A stretch of 63,635 nt of DNA, the filler included, from Limisphaerales bacterium (GTDB lineage Bacteria; Verrucomicrobiota; Verrucomicrobiia; Limisphaerales; SIBE01): assembly GCA_044225505.1 (NCBI GenBank). It is 3 parts of 3 records of this genome, joined end to end, with 100 filler letters (N's around TTAATTAATTAA, not from the genome) between each part and the next. Parts side by side here need not be neighbours in the genome. Positions count along the whole stretch, not along the records: positions 22,244 to 45,006 come from JBGAIN010000146.1; 2 more parts are not named here. One strand, given 5' to 3'. Below, piece after piece: positions 22,685 to 33,552 of this stretch. Position numbers and translations under genes: made by a program. The notes beneath the pieces are model-generated. The model had not been told where the DNA came from and did no database searches. It saw only the letters and a list, made by a program, of their open reading frames with translations. The stretch's first letter is position 1; every line of letters starts with the position of its first letter.

Positions 22685-24181
22685 TTACGCCTGCGGGATT
22701 CGGATTGTGAAGGTAGCACCAGTTCCAACCACACTCTCAACATCGACCCGTCCCCCATGCTGCTCGACGATCGACTTGACGATGGGAAGTCCAAGTCCCG
22801 CGCCCCGGTGAGGCTGTGACGGGGGACCGTCAATACGATAGAAACGATCAAAAATACGTTCCAGATGTGCCGCAGCGATCCCAGCTCCGTGATCGGTCAC
22901 GCTTACCTGAGCCTCCGTTCCCCTGCTCTGCACTAATAACGTCACGGTCTCACCCTTTGGTGAAAAATGAATGGCATTTTCAACCAAGTTCGCGATGGCT
23001 CGCTCCAATGCCGTCGCATCGCCCGACACCGAACAGGGCTCCTTGATCCTGAGTTCCAGATCGACATGACCCTCGAGGGCAAGCTGGCGCAGACGTTGAC
23101 AGACGCGCTCGGCGACGACCACCAAATCTACCTTCCTCTTGGCCGTCATCGGCTGTTGCGTATCCACCCATGCCAGCATCAGCATATTGTCGACCAAGCG
23201 AGAAAGACGTTCCAACTCCTCCTTGCTGCTCTGCAAGACTTCGCGATACTCCATCGCATTTCGTTCTCGACGTAGAATAACGTCAATTTCCCCACGGAGA
23301 ATTGTCAGCGGTGTCCGGATTTCGTGCGAAGCATCGGCGACGAATTGTTGCTGGGTGGCATAGGCCTTCTCCACTCGATCCAAAAGTGCATTGAACGCGT
23401 CCACGATTTGAGCGAGCTCGGCGTCTGCGGCCGGAGCCACCAAACGTTGCGGCGAATGCCCCGTCAATTCAACACTCCGTGCACTGTGGCAGAGATGATC
23501 AAATTGCCGTCGCCACTGGTTCAGAACCACGAGCACCGAAGCATTCGACAAGCCTACGAGCAGGCACCCGCCTGCGACAAACCACCAGAATGCCGCGCGA
23601 ATCCGTACCCCCTTATCTTCCAAGGAACAGGCGACCTGCAGAAGCCCAGGCTTGCCTTGGGCCGTTTCCCGCGGCCCTAGCGACGTGGTTAGCACTCGAA
23701 CCCGTGGATTTCCTGACGTTCGCACGGTTTCCAGGATCGTGCCACCTCCTGATTTTGCCAACTCGAGCGCCGTTCTTGAAAGCGGCACTGTGCCGCCGAG
23801 CGGCCCGGACTTCCCCAGGATTACCCCGTTCGTGTCATACCACTGGAAGGTGAATAGCGTCGCGGGCAGCCGAGTGACCTGTTCCTGAAGGGCCACCGCG
23901 GCCGTTTGAGAGAGGAATTCCAGGATCACCGCTTGTTCCCGAAGCTGGACGTCGAGATCCCGCGCGACATTGAGCCGGATCAAGAAGTAAAGCGGTAGCG
24001 TGATCGCCGCGTAGATCGCGATTATCACCGACGAAACCGCCACCAGCAGCCGAGCCCGCAACGAGAATCGGAATGAACTCCGAGCTCCGCCAGCCTCAGG
24101 ATGCAACCTGCCCGATCGGCTCAAGCGCGAACGCGGCATAATTGAAGCCGCTTCGGCAGAAGAGCGATGATCGTCACGCAT
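22685..24181 (-). CDS. CusS/CzcS-like HAMP sensor histidine kinase
   Basis: Two TM segments, FVADASHEIRTPL, NLVENAI, DHGAGI and GAGLGL. Confidence 0.88.
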   Translation of the reverse strand: MRDDHRSSAEAASIMPRSRLSRSGRLHPEAGGARSSFRFSLRARLLVAVSSVIIAIYAAITLPLYFLIRLNVARDLDVQLREQAVILEFLSQTAAVALQEQVTRLPATLFTFQWYDTNGVILGKSGPLGGTVPLSRTALELAKSGGGTILETVRTSGNPRVRVLTTSLGPRETAQGKPGLLQVACSLEDKGVRIRAAFWWFVAGGCLLVGLSNASVLVVLNQWRRQFDHLCHSARSVELTGHSPQRLVAPAADAELAQIVDAFNALLDRVEKAYATQQQFVADASHEIRTPLTILRGEIDVILRRERNAMEYREVLQSSKEELERLSRLVDNMLMLAWVDTQQPMTAKRKVDLVVVAERVCQRLRQLALEGHVDLELRIKEPCSVSGDATALERAIANLVENAIHFSPKGETVTLLVQSRGTEAQVSVTDHGAGIAAAHLERIFDRFYRIDGPPSQPHRGAGLGLPIVKSIVEQHGGRVDVESVVGTGATFTIRIPQA

Positions 24182-24207
24182 GGCTCATCCGAAGCTAACA
24201 AGCCAAC

Positions 24208-24247
24208 GTGAAATTGAAATGAAACGAAGATGAAATTCAGATGAAAC
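24208..24247. promoter_or_regulatory. Four RTGAAA(C/T) direct repeats at 11-bp period; putative OmpR-family binding site
   Basis: Copies start at 24208, 24219, 24230 and 24241, between the regulator and kinase genes. Confidence 0.65.
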
Positions 24248-24283
24248 ACCACGAGCTCCCATGCGCCGTAAATCGCTTGAACC

Positions 24284-24967
24284 TTACCTCGTCAGCTCAC
24301 CCGTTTTAAAAACGTAGCCAACCCCGCGCAGCGTGTGGATTAACGGCGTTTCAAAATCGCGATCCACCTTCTCCCGCAAATGATAGACCGTGACATCGAT
24401 GACATTGCTGAACGAATCAAAATTCTCGTCCCACACATGTTCCGCCAGTTCGGTCCGCGTTACGACTTCACCTTTGCGCCGCATTAGGTATTCCAACACT
24501 CCCAATTCCTTCGGCGTGAGCACGATCTCTTTCCCACCGCGCATGACAGAACGGGTCTTAAAGTTCAAGGCCACGTCGGCAACCTGCAAAACACTCGGCG
24601 GATCGAGCGGATCACGACGCAGCAACGCTCGCACTCGTGCCAGGAATTCAGCGAAGGCAAAGGGTTTTACCAAGTAATCGTCGGCACCCAGATCGAGCCC
24701 CCGGACTCGATCCCCAACGCTATCACGGGCCGTCAGCATCAAAATCCGACTGCGTTCACGCGAAGCCCGAAGGTCCCGCAGGACTTGGAATCCATCCTTC
24801 TTCGGCAAAACTACGTCGAGCACAATCAGGTCGTAAGAGTTGCTGCTCGCAAGGAAGAGCGCCTCTTCGCCATCGCGCGCAACGTCGACGGAAAAACACT
24901 CCTCCCGCAGGCCCCGCGTAAGGAAGCGGGCCACTTTTTCTTCATCTTCAACCACCAGAATGCGCAT
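24284..24967 (-). CDS. OmpR/CusR-like response regulator
   Basis: MRILVVEDE, GLDLGADDYLVKPF and LIHTLRGVGY. Confidence 0.92.
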   Translation of the reverse strand: MRILVVEDEEKVARFLTRGLREECFSVDVARDGEEALFLASSNSYDLIVLDVVLPKKDGFQVLRDLRASRERSRILMLTARDSVGDRVRGLDLGADDYLVKPFAFAEFLARVRALLRRDPLDPPSVLQVADVALNFKTRSVMRGGKEIVLTPKELGVLEYLMRRKGEVVTRTELAEHVWDENFDSFSNVIDVTVYHLREKVDRDFETPLIHTLRGVGYVFKTGELTR

Positions 24968-25246
24968 CGGTATCGTCCTGGGCGAGCACCTATCTGCCGG
25001 TCGGTAACTCTACGGGTACAGCTCAGCCGCTTGGACGCAAAATCTACCGTGCGGTGTCCTCTTCCGCCAATTCTTTATTGAAAAGGACGATCGGGTAAAC
25101 GCCAGGAGCGAACGACGCGCCGCGTCCGGTGAGAATGCAGGGTGTTTCACCGATTCCAGCCCGGTGACCGAGCGGGCCCTTCGGAACAACCATGACCGAA
25201 TATGCCGATCTTTCGTGGCGCGCCTGGCTTGGCCCGATCCGTCCGC

Positions 25247-26332
25247 CTAACCGAGTTTTTCAGGCACTTCCTTCATCGGCCCCATCCAACGCAACTCCCT
25301 TTCGATATCGTCGTGCATCCGGTATTTCCGTGTCACGTCGGCCAACTTGGCGCCACGGATATCGATTCGCGAGAGATCATCCTGCCCCACCCCAGCGCGA
25401 CCGCAGAATCCGAGGTACCCAACCCAGTCAGCCCGGATGCCCATGGCTTCGACCCCAACCCGATCGGCTGCGACATAATCTGTCGACGCAATGGCCAGGC
25501 GTGACGGCACCAAAACACCACTGGCCGGCCCGTTACCTTCCATTCCTTCCCATCCGTCGATGACCGTCGCCCCCCAGCATGGCTGGAGTTTCTGGGCTGT
25601 CATCGTAATTCCTACATGAGTCTGCCGAACGCCTCCATGATAGAGACGCTTGTCATTCCATCGGTCCGGGTCTTTCCGAGCACTATGAAGCGGAGCGCCC
25701 AAGCACATGTTCTTCAGTGAAAGCGTCGCCACGACCGTGTTGTGAGTCTTCAAGATTGCGCAACAAATGACATAAGCGTCCGGATCCAGCAAACGGGCGG
25801 CCAATCGCACCGGCACCATGTGCAAATCGCCATCCAATATCGCGTGGTTTACCGCTCTACCCTCTTCGTTCAGATCTACCAAACTGACGGAAAGGGGTTT
25901 GTGCTCCGTGCAAACCTTATCGTAACCGAAATGATCGAAACCCTCCGTGGTATAACCCGCGGACGACTCTGCAATAACTACGGGTCCAGTAAACCGCGGT
26001 TCCAGGAAATCGAGGATCCCGTGAAGCGCATCCGCGTGAGTCGACGCCAGTTGATTGCTCGTGCTCACAATGTTCGGTTTGATGACAACGTGCTTCTTGG
26101 TCTTGAGAACGGGTAAAATCTGGTCCTCGACCGCTGCCAAGGCATCACGAATATTCTCGCGTCGGCTCTGGCCCTTAACGAGAGAGACCACCGCGCGGCG
26201 CCCCTCACCGCCAATGGCCAACCCCTTTTCCGCGGCACGGTCCTGTCCGCGCAGGAAAGTTGCCGATGCCGTCAGCGTGGCGGCGGTCCAGAGAAAACTG
26301 CGACGATTGACTTTGTGAGACTGGGGTTTCAT
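25247..26332 (-). CDS. Tat-exported DUF362-family protein
   Basis: NRRSFL signal; VVIKPN, LKTH...TLSLKN and MEGNGP. Confidence 0.8.
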   Translation of the reverse strand: MKPQSHKVNRRSFLWTAATLTASATFLRGQDRAAEKGLAIGGEGRRAVVSLVKGQSRRENIRDALAAVEDQILPVLKTKKHVVIKPNIVSTSNQLASTHADALHGILDFLEPRFTGPVVIAESSAGYTTEGFDHFGYDKVCTEHKPLSVSLVDLNEEGRAVNHAILDGDLHMVPVRLAARLLDPDAYVICCAILKTHNTVVATLSLKNMCLGAPLHSARKDPDRWNDKRLYHGGVRQTHVGITMTAQKLQPCWGATVIDGWEGMEGNGPASGVLVPSRLAIASTDYVAADRVGVEAMGIRADWVGYLGFCGRAGVGQDDLSRIDIRGAKLADVTRKYRMHDDIERELRWMGPMKEVPEKLG

Positions 26333-26592
26333 ACGATATTCAAACAGTGGTTGCACAGCGCGTTGAACAATCTGGCCAGGCGATCGTTAGCGCTATCGTA
26401 TCCGTTTCGGTGCGAAGCCGCATCCATTTCACAGCATTCCCAAAACCCGCGTTGAGCGCAAGGTTAATTAAGCCTATCTAACTTGACTTTGCTCCGGAAT
26501 TAGACTGCTCTGAAAACGGCAGGGCGCGATAAACCGTGTCCGCTTCATTCCAGTGACATCGGCATCGCCGTTTGCTATCCTGAGCTGACTCT

Positions 26593-27378
26593 ATGAATCG
26601 ACGACAATTTATTACCGTCTCCGGCACTGCCGGCGTTGCCTCCATGGCCTCCACACCCGCCATCAACGCAGCGGAATCCTTATCCGGGCGTGAATACTAC
26701 GAGCTCCGGCTTTTCATCGTAGACACGGACAGTCAAAGAAAAGAGGTCGATACGTTCCTCAAAGAGGCCGCTGTTCCCGCCTTGAACCGACTTGGGATAA
26801 AGCCGGTAGGTGTATTTTATCCCGAGAAGGGAATCAGCCCTGTCTACGTTCTCTTACGCCATAAGACGATCGAGTCGTTTGTAACTTACATGAGTCAATT
26901 GGCCGCCGACGACGAGTTCATCTCCAAGGCCGAATCTTTTATCGATGCTCCCGCGAGCGCGCCCGCTTTCAAACGCATGGAAACCTCCCTCATGCTGGCC
27001 TTTGAAGGCATGCCGAAATTGGAGGTTCCCGTAAGCGGTGCTTCGCGGGTGTTCCAGCTTCGCACCTACGAAAGCCCAAGCGCCAAAACGAATCTGAAGA
27101 AAATCGAGATGTTTAACGAAGCCGGGGAAATTAAACTGTTCCGCGAGGTTGGACTCAATCCCGTCTTCTTCGGACAAACGCTCGCCGGGACCAAACTCCC
27201 GAACCTGACCTATATGCTCGCCTTCAAGGACAAGGACGAACAGAAAGCGGCCTGGGGGCGATTCGGTTCCCATCCAGACTGGAAACGATTGAGCGGCATG
27301 GCGGAATACAGCGACAAGGCCATTCTGAGCGGCATCACCAACCTGCAGTTGGTCCCGGCGGACTATTCTCAGGTTTAA
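26593..27378 (+). CDS. Tat-exported NIPSNAP-family protein
   Basis: MNRRQFI signal; YYELR and FQLRTYES...KKIEMFN domains; ends PADYSQV. Confidence 0.85.
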   Translation: MNRRQFITVSGTAGVASMASTPAINAAESLSGREYYELRLFIVDTDSQRKEVDTFLKEAAVPALNRLGIKPVGVFYPEKGISPVYVLLRHKTIESFVTYMSQLAADDEFISKAESFIDAPASAPAFKRMETSLMLAFEGMPKLEVPVSGASRVFQLRTYESPSAKTNLKKIEMFNEAGEIKLFREVGLNPVFFGQTLAGTKLPNLTYMLAFKDKDEQKAAWGRFGSHPDWKRLSGMAEYSDKAILSGITNLQLVPADYSQV

Positions 27379-27596
27379 TCCGCTGACGACTATGTCCAAC
27401 GACGTCCGGGCTCGCGAATAGCCCGGGCGCTGGCCGTCGTTCCAAACAGCAAGTCCACAGACGCGTTTCATGCTCCCGATGATGCGCTTCGGTCTCTCCA
27501 TCGAAGCGCCTTAGTTGCCCGTTACCTTGACTCACCTCGGAACCGCCCGACTTTGGAGTGGCAAACTTCGTGAAACGAAACATTCAATCTTGGACG

Positions 27597-28949
27597 ATGA
27601 ACAAGGCAGCTTGTGTGATCTTCGCTGCCCTCCTGGCGCTGGTGCAGTCGCCAAACACTATGGCGGCCGAAACGGCCCACAAACCGTCGAGTCCTACCCT
27701 TCCCAGCCCAGCCCGCACGGTGAGCCGGGACGATGTGCTCTCGATCCAAAACGGACGCTTCTTCTTGGACGGAAAACCATTTGCCGAAATCAGCTTCAAC
27801 AAGTTTGACCTTTTCTGGCAGCTCTACGACCAGCTCCGCGCGGGACAAGCGTTGACGGAGGAGAACCCGATGGTCCGGGCTCAAGATCAGGCGCTGCGCG
27901 ACCTTCACGAGCTCGGTTTTCGAACCATTCGTATCTTCGCCTTGCCTTGGGGTCCAGAAGGCCCGGCGTCCTATGCCGACCCTGAAAAGCGCGTCTCGCT
28001 CTATGCCGCCTTGGAGAAGACCCTGCAATTGTGTGAAGCCCACGAAATGCGGGTGGCCTGGTCTCTCGGCGCTGGCACATTCACCGATACCAAGCTCGAT
28101 CCTCAGAAAGGCTGGCTTTACGGGAAAGAACAACAACGAGAGCTGGTGGCCAATCCCGAATCCCGGGGCCGCAAACTCCTTTACCGGTATATCGACGAGA
28201 CGGTCTCGCGATTTCGCCATCGCAAGAGCGTGCTGCTCTGGGAAATATCCAACGAAGTGACTCTCCAGGCCGATATCGGTGACGAGCATCGCGTTTACAA
28301 TGGAGAGCGTATGCCCACCCTCAAGGAGGTCGCGCGGTTTTTCGATGATGTCGCGCAGCGCATTAAGCTCGTCGATCCTTTGCGGCTGGTGACTTCAGGT
28401 GGCTCGAACATGCGGGATAGCCAATGGCACTTGTACCTTGGCCAAGGTTGGAAACGGGACAGTTTTGAAGAGCAGTTCAAGTGTTTCGAGCTGCTCTACC
28501 GCAATTCCGCAATCGATATCATCGACATCCATTCTTACCCCAATACCCAGCCAGGTTACCTCATCTCCGATGACCGCGGGCAAGAGATGTGGTTAGAGAA
28601 CAAGGGCTACATGGTGATCGCGCGTCGTCTCGGAAAACCCCTCATGATTGGTGAACTTGGTCTTCAGCCAGCTCCAAAAACCGATCAGAAGCTCTGGTCG
28701 ACGACCCCGAACTACTTCGATAGCTACGAAGATGCCGCCAGCGCCAAGCCGTGGCTGGTCAGGACCCTCGAGAGTGTGGTGGACGCCGGAGTTCCTCTCA
28801 CTTACTGGTGGTGCTATCAAGCAGATCGCGCGGACGATGCAAGCAATCGCCAACGGCTCGACCTTGAACGGAATCGAAATCCCGAGCTCATCGCTTGCAT
28901 CGTTGCGGCCAATCGGCGTTTGCAAGCCCTCCAGGCCACATTTAAATAG
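27597..28949 (+). CDS. Secreted GH5/clan GH-A-like glycoside hydrolase
   Basis: WEISNE acid/base motif, DIHSY and KPLMIGELG nucleophile. Confidence 0.75.
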   Translation: MNKAACVIFAALLALVQSPNTMAAETAHKPSSPTLPSPARTVSRDDVLSIQNGRFFLDGKPFAEISFNKFDLFWQLYDQLRAGQALTEENPMVRAQDQALRDLHELGFRTIRIFALPWGPEGPASYADPEKRVSLYAALEKTLQLCEAHEMRVAWSLGAGTFTDTKLDPQKGWLYGKEQQRELVANPESRGRKLLYRYIDETVSRFRHRKSVLLWEISNEVTLQADIGDEHRVYNGERMPTLKEVARFFDDVAQRIKLVDPLRLVTSGGSNMRDSQWHLYLGQGWKRDSFEEQFKCFELLYRNSAIDIIDIHSYPNTQPGYLISDDRGQEMWLENKGYMVIARRLGKPLMIGELGLQPAPKTDQKLWSTTPNYFDSYEDAASAKPWLVRTLESVVDAGVPLTYWWCYQADRADDASNRQRLDLERNRNPELIACIVAANRRLQALQATFK

Positions 28950-28964
28950 ACCAAAAGCGATCGC

Positions 28965-30392
28965 TCAAAGCGATTGCGCGTCCTTCAAGACCTTGGCCAA
29001 GCACTGCCGCACGCGTTCGACACGTTGAGCCTCGCCCAGACCGGAGCGCATTCTCTCAAATCGACTCTGGAGCCGCCCCAATTCTGCGGTATAGGTCTGG
29101 CGCTGCTCGGAGCTCAACCGGTCTCGAAGATAAACGGCTGGACCAGGACGGTCGCTGATCAGCGGCTCCAAGGAGATCGTGCCGCACTCGTTCGGCGGCA
29201 GATGTCGCATATAGGCCTCCTCAGCATCGAGAAAGAATTGAGCCAAGGCGTCTCGCGCGGCGCTATCCCGCGGTTGATACAAACTATCCACGGCCGACGC
29301 GACGTGCTCTCGAAGCGGCGCTTCCGGATCCCGCAGCGTTCGTCCCGCAACGTGCCAGGTCACTTCACTGCTCGGATTTGCGAGAATGTGGAAAAAGAAT
29401 TCGCAGGCGTTCCCGCCATCAGCGCGGAGCTGGCGAAGGTGCTGGTAGACCCTTTGACAAGTGGGCAGGAACCAACGATCCCGCTCCCAATGCTGCGGCG
29501 GTTCCACGACCGGTCCCCCGGTGGTGCCAAGCGGGCAACGCAACGCCGCGATGAATTCGCGACGGTATCTCGCCCCGCCCCAGCGCACACTATCGTTGTG
29601 ATCGATCATGTAGTCCAACGAACGACTCAGACCCACCAGCGTCTCTTTGTCCTGCGGCTTGCCAAAACTCACGCCCCAGTTGCTCATGCCAACGATCTTT
29701 CCCGGCCACCGAGCCCGGATCGTCTCAGCCGTCCGCGTGAGCAAGCGGGCATGATATTCCACATCACCGAACTCCCGACAGCGGGAGCACCGGCAACGCC
29801 CCTGATCCGCGGATTGCATCGAGACGCCGTCGATGGGAAAGCGGGTGAAAACAAACTCGAGCACGCGCTCCATCATCGCGTGCGCCTCTGGCTCGCTGGC
29901 GCACATGGCGTTGGCATTGCCTCCAGAAAGCTTGGGATGGGCTTTGATAATCTCCGCAAAACCCCAACTGTACGTTCCCAAACCGCTTATAACTTTAATC
30001 CCCTGGGCGTGAGCATCGGCGATCAACTTTTCCACCAAACGCCCGCGGTCGGGCGGAACGGCCTGCGTCAGATCAACGGGCCAATTGTTAGCCGTGTAAA
30101 GCCCCCAAATAACGATCTCGTTGAAGCCAACCTGCCCCATTCTCGCAAAAGTCTCGCGATAATCCTGGAGTAGCCCTTCGTCCAACCGCATGGAGGGCCA
30201 AGGCGTGTTTCGATCTGGTTCACTCGCCAGGTCGGTAATCCAGCCATTGAGCGCCCGGTGCTGGAAGCCCGAGCTCCCAGGCGCCCCCGCGAACGACGAC
30301 GAAACCGCCGTGGCCAGCGCCAGGCTGGTCGCACCGAGAAACTCCCGGCGCGACCAAGCTATAGACGATGTCGGTTTCATGATCCCATCCAT
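28965..30392 (-). CDS. Tat-exported hypothetical protein (TIM-barrel-like)
   Basis: SRREFL signal; 475-aa ORF with DQGRCRCSRC. Confidence 0.65.
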   Translation of the reverse strand: MDGIMKPTSSIAWSRREFLGATSLALATAVSSSFAGAPGSSGFQHRALNGWITDLASEPDRNTPWPSMRLDEGLLQDYRETFARMGQVGFNEIVIWGLYTANNWPVDLTQAVPPDRGRLVEKLIADAHAQGIKVISGLGTYSWGFAEIIKAHPKLSGGNANAMCASEPEAHAMMERVLEFVFTRFPIDGVSMQSADQGRCRCSRCREFGDVEYHARLLTRTAETIRARWPGKIVGMSNWGVSFGKPQDKETLVGLSRSLDYMIDHNDSVRWGGARYRREFIAALRCPLGTTGGPVVEPPQHWERDRWFLPTCQRVYQHLRQLRADGGNACEFFFHILANPSSEVTWHVAGRTLRDPEAPLREHVASAVDSLYQPRDSAARDALAQFFLDAEEAYMRHLPPNECGTISLEPLISDRPGPAVYLRDRLSSEQRQTYTAELGRLQSRFERMRSGLGEAQRVERVRQCLAKVLKDAQSL

Positions 30393-30438
30393 GCCTCACT
30401 TATGCTGCCCGTGTCCGCAGAACGGCCCGCGTCGTAAG

Positions 30439-31857
30439 CTAAAACTCACCCTCTACCTCAACGACCGTGGCAATTGGGTCGGGCGCCACGCCAGGCAACG
30501 CGATTTCCAAACTGGAATCGGTGGTTGCTGTTTTCAAAACGGCTCCGTCGTTCTCTGCTAAGAATCGGGCTCGGACATTGGCTATCCGCGATTTTGTCGG
30601 CAGGACGAGTTTGCCGTCGCTCGGCCAATCGAACACGTGCAGATAAAGGCGTCCGGGCTTCGCCGTGATTCGCCCCCAGGCCACAGGGCCGAGCGGGTTA
30701 CTGGACGTGGCATAGATAGACGTTCCGTTCTTCTTCATCCACCCGCCAATGGCACGCATGGATTTGAGACTCGGTTCCGGAACGCTCCCGTCTCCCTTGG
30801 GCCCGATATTCAAGAGGTAATTGCCCCCTTTGCTAGTGACATCGATGAGATTCCTGATCAGTTCCTGATCTGATTTCCAAGCATGGTCATGGTCGCTATA
30901 GCCCCAGGTGGTGTTCAGCGTCATGCACGTCTCCCAATCCACTCCGGGCATGCCCGTCGCTGGAATGTGCTGCTCCGGCGTGATGAAATCTCCGTATTTA
31001 GATTCCAGTCTCGGTAAGTATCCTTCGGTTGACATACTCGCCCAGCCGGCTTCCGGATTTCGAAAAAGCCGATTGTTCATGATGATCTGCGGCTGATGTT
31101 CTCGGGCCAATTGAAGCAGATCAAAGGCGCGCCACGCTTCCTGTCCTTGAAAATCCTGCGAGCTGTAATCCCACCAAAGGATATCGATCGGACCGTAATT
31201 CGAGACGAGCTCCTCCACTTGCCACCGGAGAAACGCCTGGTACTTTCGATGATCGCGCTCTCCGTTCGGGTAAGGTTTCCCCTTGAGCGGATGAGGTAAT
31301 TGCTGCGACCGGGCGTAAGCGTACTGGTCATGATGCCAATCGATGACCGAATGATAGAACCCTACCCGCAAGCCTTCGGCGCGCACGGCCTCCACGATCT
31401 CCTTGACCAGGTCCCGCTGTAAGACTGAGCCCGCATCGTAATCCGTCGCTTTGGAATCGTGCAGGGCAAACCCTTCATGATGCTTGGTCGTGAAAACGAC
31501 ATACCGACAGCCCGCCTCTCTCGCCAGACGCGCCCATTCTCGAGCAAAGCCGGGCTCCGGCCGAAACAGCGGCAGAGCCGCCTTGGCATAGGTTTCGGTC
31601 TCTGCCTGGACGTTATTCTGAATCCATTCCATGCCACCTTGTGTCCCCACCGCTTTGCCGTTCCAAGTGCCAGCCAGCCCGGAATAGAGGCCCCAATGGA
31701 CAAACATTCCAAATCGCGCCTCGCGCCACCAGCGCATGCGCGCGTCGCGCTGCGCCGGCGTTTCACTGGCTTCGGTTTGGGCACGTGCGACCCCATTGAC
31801 CATGGCAACGAGCGCGCTGCCCAGCAGCAGCAGGACGAGCATTCGGGATGTTCTCAT
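30439..31857 (-). CDS. Alpha-L-fucosidase (GH29)
   Basis: RFGMFVHWGLYS, TTKHHEGF, ILWWD, WETCMT and KGGNYLLNIGP. Confidence 0.92.
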   Translation of the reverse strand: MRTSRMLVLLLLGSALVAMVNGVARAQTEASETPAQRDARMRWWREARFGMFVHWGLYSGLAGTWNGKAVGTQGGMEWIQNNVQAETETYAKAALPLFRPEPGFAREWARLAREAGCRYVVFTTKHHEGFALHDSKATDYDAGSVLQRDLVKEIVEAVRAEGLRVGFYHSVIDWHHDQYAYARSQQLPHPLKGKPYPNGERDHRKYQAFLRWQVEELVSNYGPIDILWWDYSSQDFQGQEAWRAFDLLQLAREHQPQIIMNNRLFRNPEAGWASMSTEGYLPRLESKYGDFITPEQHIPATGMPGVDWETCMTLNTTWGYSDHDHAWKSDQELIRNLIDVTSKGGNYLLNIGPKGDGSVPEPSLKSMRAIGGWMKKNGTSIYATSSNPLGPVAWGRITAKPGRLYLHVFDWPSDGKLVLPTKSRIANVRARFLAENDGAVLKTATTDSSLEIALPGVAPDPIATVVEVEGEF

Positions 31858-32058
31858 GACGGCTGGATGTTACCGGCTTTGCGCGGTTTCGCAACGTTTA
31901 GGCTCGATCCCTGACAGCCTCAAATCCTCCCAGGCGCCTCTCACGCACCTTGCGGGCGTGCGAATGCCTTCGCCGCGAAAATGCAGGAGCTTAAGCGGTC
32001 ACCATCGTAGATCCGAATCCGCTCGTCAGAAGCCCTCGCGCTGCCCACCCTAATCCTC

Positions 32059-33177
32059 ATGAATCTGGCCTACTGCCTCGTCCTGCTGATTCTCTGCGCC
32101 GGAACTGCTCTCCCTCAGAACGCCGCGCGGGCCGCGGTGGCCTCCGATGAGCGGTCACGCCCTTTCTACCTCGGATTCACGCGCTGGCCGTCAGATCTCA
32201 CTCTGGCCGGCGTGCAGGGAGCCCAGGATTTTGCCCACGCCCACGGAGATATTGTGTCCGTCATGTTTATTGGGGGTATTCCCTGGCCCGAAGCGCTCGA
32301 TGCCAAACCGTTCTCGCGCGATGTCGAGTCCAACCTGGCGTATCGCCCTCCCGTCGGGAAGAAGATCTTCCTCTCCATCTCGCCACTGGATCAGGACCGC
32401 AAGAATCTAGCGCCGTATTGGGGCGAGAAAGATAACCAACCGCTGCCAAAGGCTTGGAAGGATTTCGCGCTCAACAGTCCCGAAGTGAAACGGGCATTTC
32501 TTAATTTCGCGACGCGATCGGTCGATGCCCTGCGTCCGGCCTACCTTGCCATTGGGATAGAACTGAACGTTCTTCTTTCCAAGAATCCGGTAAGATGGAC
32601 GGAACTCAAGGATCTCTATCGCAGCACCCATGCCGCTCTCAAGCAGCGTTATCCAGCCCTCCCGATCTGCTTTACCACAGAAATTCTGCACTATAAGAAG
32701 CTCGCCGCGGAAGCCCGACACGCTGATCAAGAGCGCGAAGTCGCCGATCTGATGCAACAGAGCGATCTCTTCGCCATGAGCTTTTACCCGCACATGAGCT
32801 ACGACGTGCCTCGCCCGGTCCCGGGCGATTTCCTCGACTTTGCCAGGCGCTTTGACAAGCCAATCGCCGTTTCCGAGTCTGGCATGACATCCCAGGACGT
32901 CGCGCTCAAAGCGTTTGGCCTCACGCTGCATGGGTCCGAGGCCGAGCAACAGCAGTTCACCGAACTACTCCTGCAAGTCGCAACCCGCGACCGCTACGCG
33001 TTTGTCATCAATTTCGCGACCACGGACTTCGAACGGCTTTGTGCCAAACTGCCAGCGCCGACCGATGATGTAGCTCGGATTTGGGCTTTCACAGGCCTCC
33101 AGACGGGCGACGCCAAAGCGAAACCGGCGTTGCGTGTCTGGGATGATTACCTAAACCTCCCATACCGAAGACCGTAA
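32059..33177 (+). CDS. Secreted glycoside-hydrolase-like protein (GH53/GH-A-like)
   Basis: Signal peptide; LAIGIELN, MSFYP and KPIAVSESG. Confidence 0.6.
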   Translation: MNLAYCLVLLILCAGTALPQNAARAAVASDERSRPFYLGFTRWPSDLTLAGVQGAQDFAHAHGDIVSVMFIGGIPWPEALDAKPFSRDVESNLAYRPPVGKKIFLSISPLDQDRKNLAPYWGEKDNQPLPKAWKDFALNSPEVKRAFLNFATRSVDALRPAYLAIGIELNVLLSKNPVRWTELKDLYRSTHAALKQRYPALPICFTTEILHYKKLAAEARHADQEREVADLMQQSDLFAMSFYPHMSYDVPRPVPGDFLDFARRFDKPIAVSESGMTSQDVALKAFGLTLHGSEAEQQQFTELLLQVATRDRYAFVINFATTDFERLCAKLPAPTDDVARIWAFTGLQTGDAKAKPALRVWDDYLNLPYRRP

Positions 33178-33468
33178 CCCGCGGCTTGAAAGCTACTCGT
33201 TTCCTGTTGGAGAGGCCGTGGATTGACGATTGCCGACGGCAGTGCAAATGCACCTGATGACGCGCGGCCCTATGCGTGCCCAAGGCCACGGGCAGCCGCG
33301 CTGGCCCGCCAGCTGCGCGTAAGCTCCTTTATCCCCTCGACCGAACGACTCAAACTGTGATTTGGAGTAAGCAACTCGCGGAACTTTGGCCGTCCCTCTC
33401 CTAACGCTGCCCGAGCGTGCGTAAGAGGCGCAGGCCGTCTCTTCCAGGTGCGCCGGAAAGCCTAAGTC

Positions 33469-33508
33469 TTGACATACATAGCACTGCCATGCATAGTAGC
33501 TCTATGTC
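33469..33508 (+). promoter_or_regulatory. Sigma70 promoter overlapped by two PadR-type operators
   Basis: TTGACA-N17-CATAGT; imperfect palindromes TACATAG-N5-CCATGCA and TGCATAG-N5-CTATGTC. Confidence 0.6.
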
Positions 33509-33552
33509 CAAGCCGCCTTCCACCCAGCCTTTCCCTCGACTCGAGCCGGTTC

